Shown here piece by piece: positions 8,398-8,722 of a stretch of 8,722 nucleotides of DNA. Positions within the stretch are counted from its first letter, which is position 1. Every line of letters starts with the position of its first letter. The translations under genes and the position numbers were made by a program. The notes beneath the pieces were generated by a model. That model worked only from the letters and a program-made list of their open reading frames with translations. It had not been told where the DNA came from and did not search any database. The stretch spans positions 111,381-120,102 of the forward strand of contig JAAOMT010000402.1 of the NCBI GenBank assembly GCA_016748015.1, read 5' to 3'. The stretch comes from Geosiphon pyriformis uo1 (taxonomy: Eukaryota > Fungi > Glomeromycota).

Positions 8398-8722
8398 ATA
8401 TTTTTATTATTTTATATATATTATTCAAATTACAAATAGATTACTTATTTATATATATTAAAATTTTATATATAAAATTTAATAATAATAAACATTAATT
8501 ATAAAATATTTTAATTAATAATTTCAAATCAAAATGAAATAAAATTAATTACTTATAATTTTTTTACTTTGTTATATTATTAAATTTTGTAGTTTTATTT
8601 AAAGACTGAATATTTTATATTTTTAGATTTTGAAAATTTGATAAAGTTATTTTTATATTTGATAATCTTATTAAAAATATATTTAATTAGTATTTAATAT
8701 AAAAAATTTAAAATTTAAAATT
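8398..8722. other. Extremely AT-rich, low-complexity non-coding flank
   Basis: Almost exclusively A/T, with no ORFs in the track. The boundary with the LINE 5' end is abrupt. Confidence 0.8.

Overview
Most of this window (~1563-8397, minus strand) is one essentially full-length but decayed non-LTR retrotransposon (LINE) inserted in very AT-rich eukaryotic DNA. The minus-strand ORF fragments join into two reading frames. ORF1 (8263->6296, ~655 codons, one frame, 7 premature stops) has RRM-like domains, a CCHC gag knuckle and C-terminal heptad repeats. ORF2 (6299->1711, ~1530 codons, 16 premature stops, 2 frameshifts) encodes APE endonuclease - reverse transcriptase (FVDD) - RNase H - Cys/His zinc-binding motif. 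The 3' end has a stem-loop, AATAAA and a (TAA)n/A tail. Points of interest: a 32-aa hydrophobic uORF whose TGA overlaps the ORF1 ATG (ATGA), with the same overlap inferred at the ORF1/ORF2 junction; decay dominated by C->T/G->A transitions, including non-CpG contexts; and an in-frame deletion removing part of the RNase H catalytic core. From memory the proteins resemble LINE-derived hypothetical proteins of Glomeromycota fungi (e.g. Geosiphon), but this host assignment is unverified. All coordinates and counts were worked out by hand.
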